A stretch of DNA of 64,000 nucleotides. Origin: Tubulanus polymorphus. Taxonomy: Eukaryota; Animalia; Nemertea. A program made the position numbers and the translations under genes. The stretch is taken from assembly GCF_964204645.1 (NCBI RefSeq), contig NC_134032.1, positions 8,606,275-8,670,274 on the forward strand, given 5' to 3'. Shown here piece by piece: positions 63,089 through 64,000 of the stretch; positions within the stretch are counted from its first letter, which is position 1, and every line of letters begins with the position of its first letter. Under the pieces are notes generated by a model. The model made no database searches. It was given only the letters and a program-made list of their open reading frames with translations, and had not been told where the DNA came from.

Positions 63089-64000
63089 TTTCGATTTGTA
63101 TCCTTTTGCCCCTTGTTTTCTTGTTGAATCGCTGTTTTGGAATTCGATATCCACATGTAGCCAACTACACTCTGCTTTCCTTCTGGTAGGCTATATACCT
63201 GAATTTGAGCCGTTTATATTCTGTGCACAGCAGTTAAGAGTATAAAACGTAATATATTTATGCTGATCTATTCAACGAAGAAAAAAGTCATATATGATAA
63301 AAAGAAACGTTTAATTGCAAATGCTGGAATTTTGTTATAAGCTGTTTTTCAATTGGCCGTTGAAATGAATACCGTTTATTACATGTAGGCGTCTACAGCC
63401 GCGTGTCACATTTTCCTGTCGTTTCTATATCAGTTCATTTCTACGGATATGTCTGTAGGCCTACCTCTGGACTGACTCAACTGGTTCTACAAACAACACC
63501 CACCCGGTGGCACATCTAGTGAGTGAATATTTATTTACCCGAATCAAAAAGTCTGAATGAAGCATCGGTTTTCACATCCATTGTGTTAATTGAAGAATTG
63601 GCCAAAAGTCTTCTTTGATTCAAGTTGACTAAAGAGACTAGAAAAGTGGCACCATTTTTTTTTGAATGTTTAACAATATGTTTGGCCTGGAAATCGAGGG
63701 GCGGTAGACTCAATTTCACATCTAGTCATATCAAAGACTGATTTGAGGTGTGTACTCCAAAAATGCGGAGGCCGGACGGATCCTTCTCCGCAGAATCCGG
63801 TCCCCATTCCCCACCGCCACTTGTTCGGCACCGTCGATGCAATCATCCGGTACAAGCGTCTATTCAATTTTTCTGTTTTCTCCCTTTTGTAAGGTGCCAG
63901 CGTTGTGTAACCATGCTTTGCTTGGCCTGCATGTTCCAACTGTGTGCGAAAAATGTATTTGTATTGTATTGTATCCAGCACTGGCACGTGAGTCTCGACA

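Overview
Eukaryotic (invertebrate-like, GT-AG introns, AT-rich) genomic DNA. The main feature is an L1CAM/neuroglian-family locus. A + strand gene (12 exons traced by hand, 5223-16162; leader exon not identified) encodes five Ig domains joined directly to a TM helix and a cytoplasmic tail with the ankyrin-binding SFIGQY motif, with no fibronectin-III exons. Facing it on the - strand are four paralogous copies of the nine-exon Ig1-Ig5 module (A 28022-32506, B 34173-38641, C 44721-50892, D 51089-56371). None is followed by a TM or tail exon. Three signal-peptide leader exons (23129-23222, 39559-39652, 59441-59531) and two near-identical intronless class-A GPCR genes are interleaved with them. 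B and A are splice- and frame-intact and could encode a secreted 5- or 10-Ig protein; C and D carry frameshifts. Copies A, B and C share almost identical introns, yet their exons are mosaics carrying patches that match the + gene, which points to gene conversion or recombination between an anchored receptor and an inverted cassette array. Also present: an intronless MATE transporter plus an inverted remnant of its 3' end, decayed LINEs, piggyBac-like MITEs, a non-autonomous repeat, and microsatellites. All gene models are manual inferences; no expression or database evidence was available.
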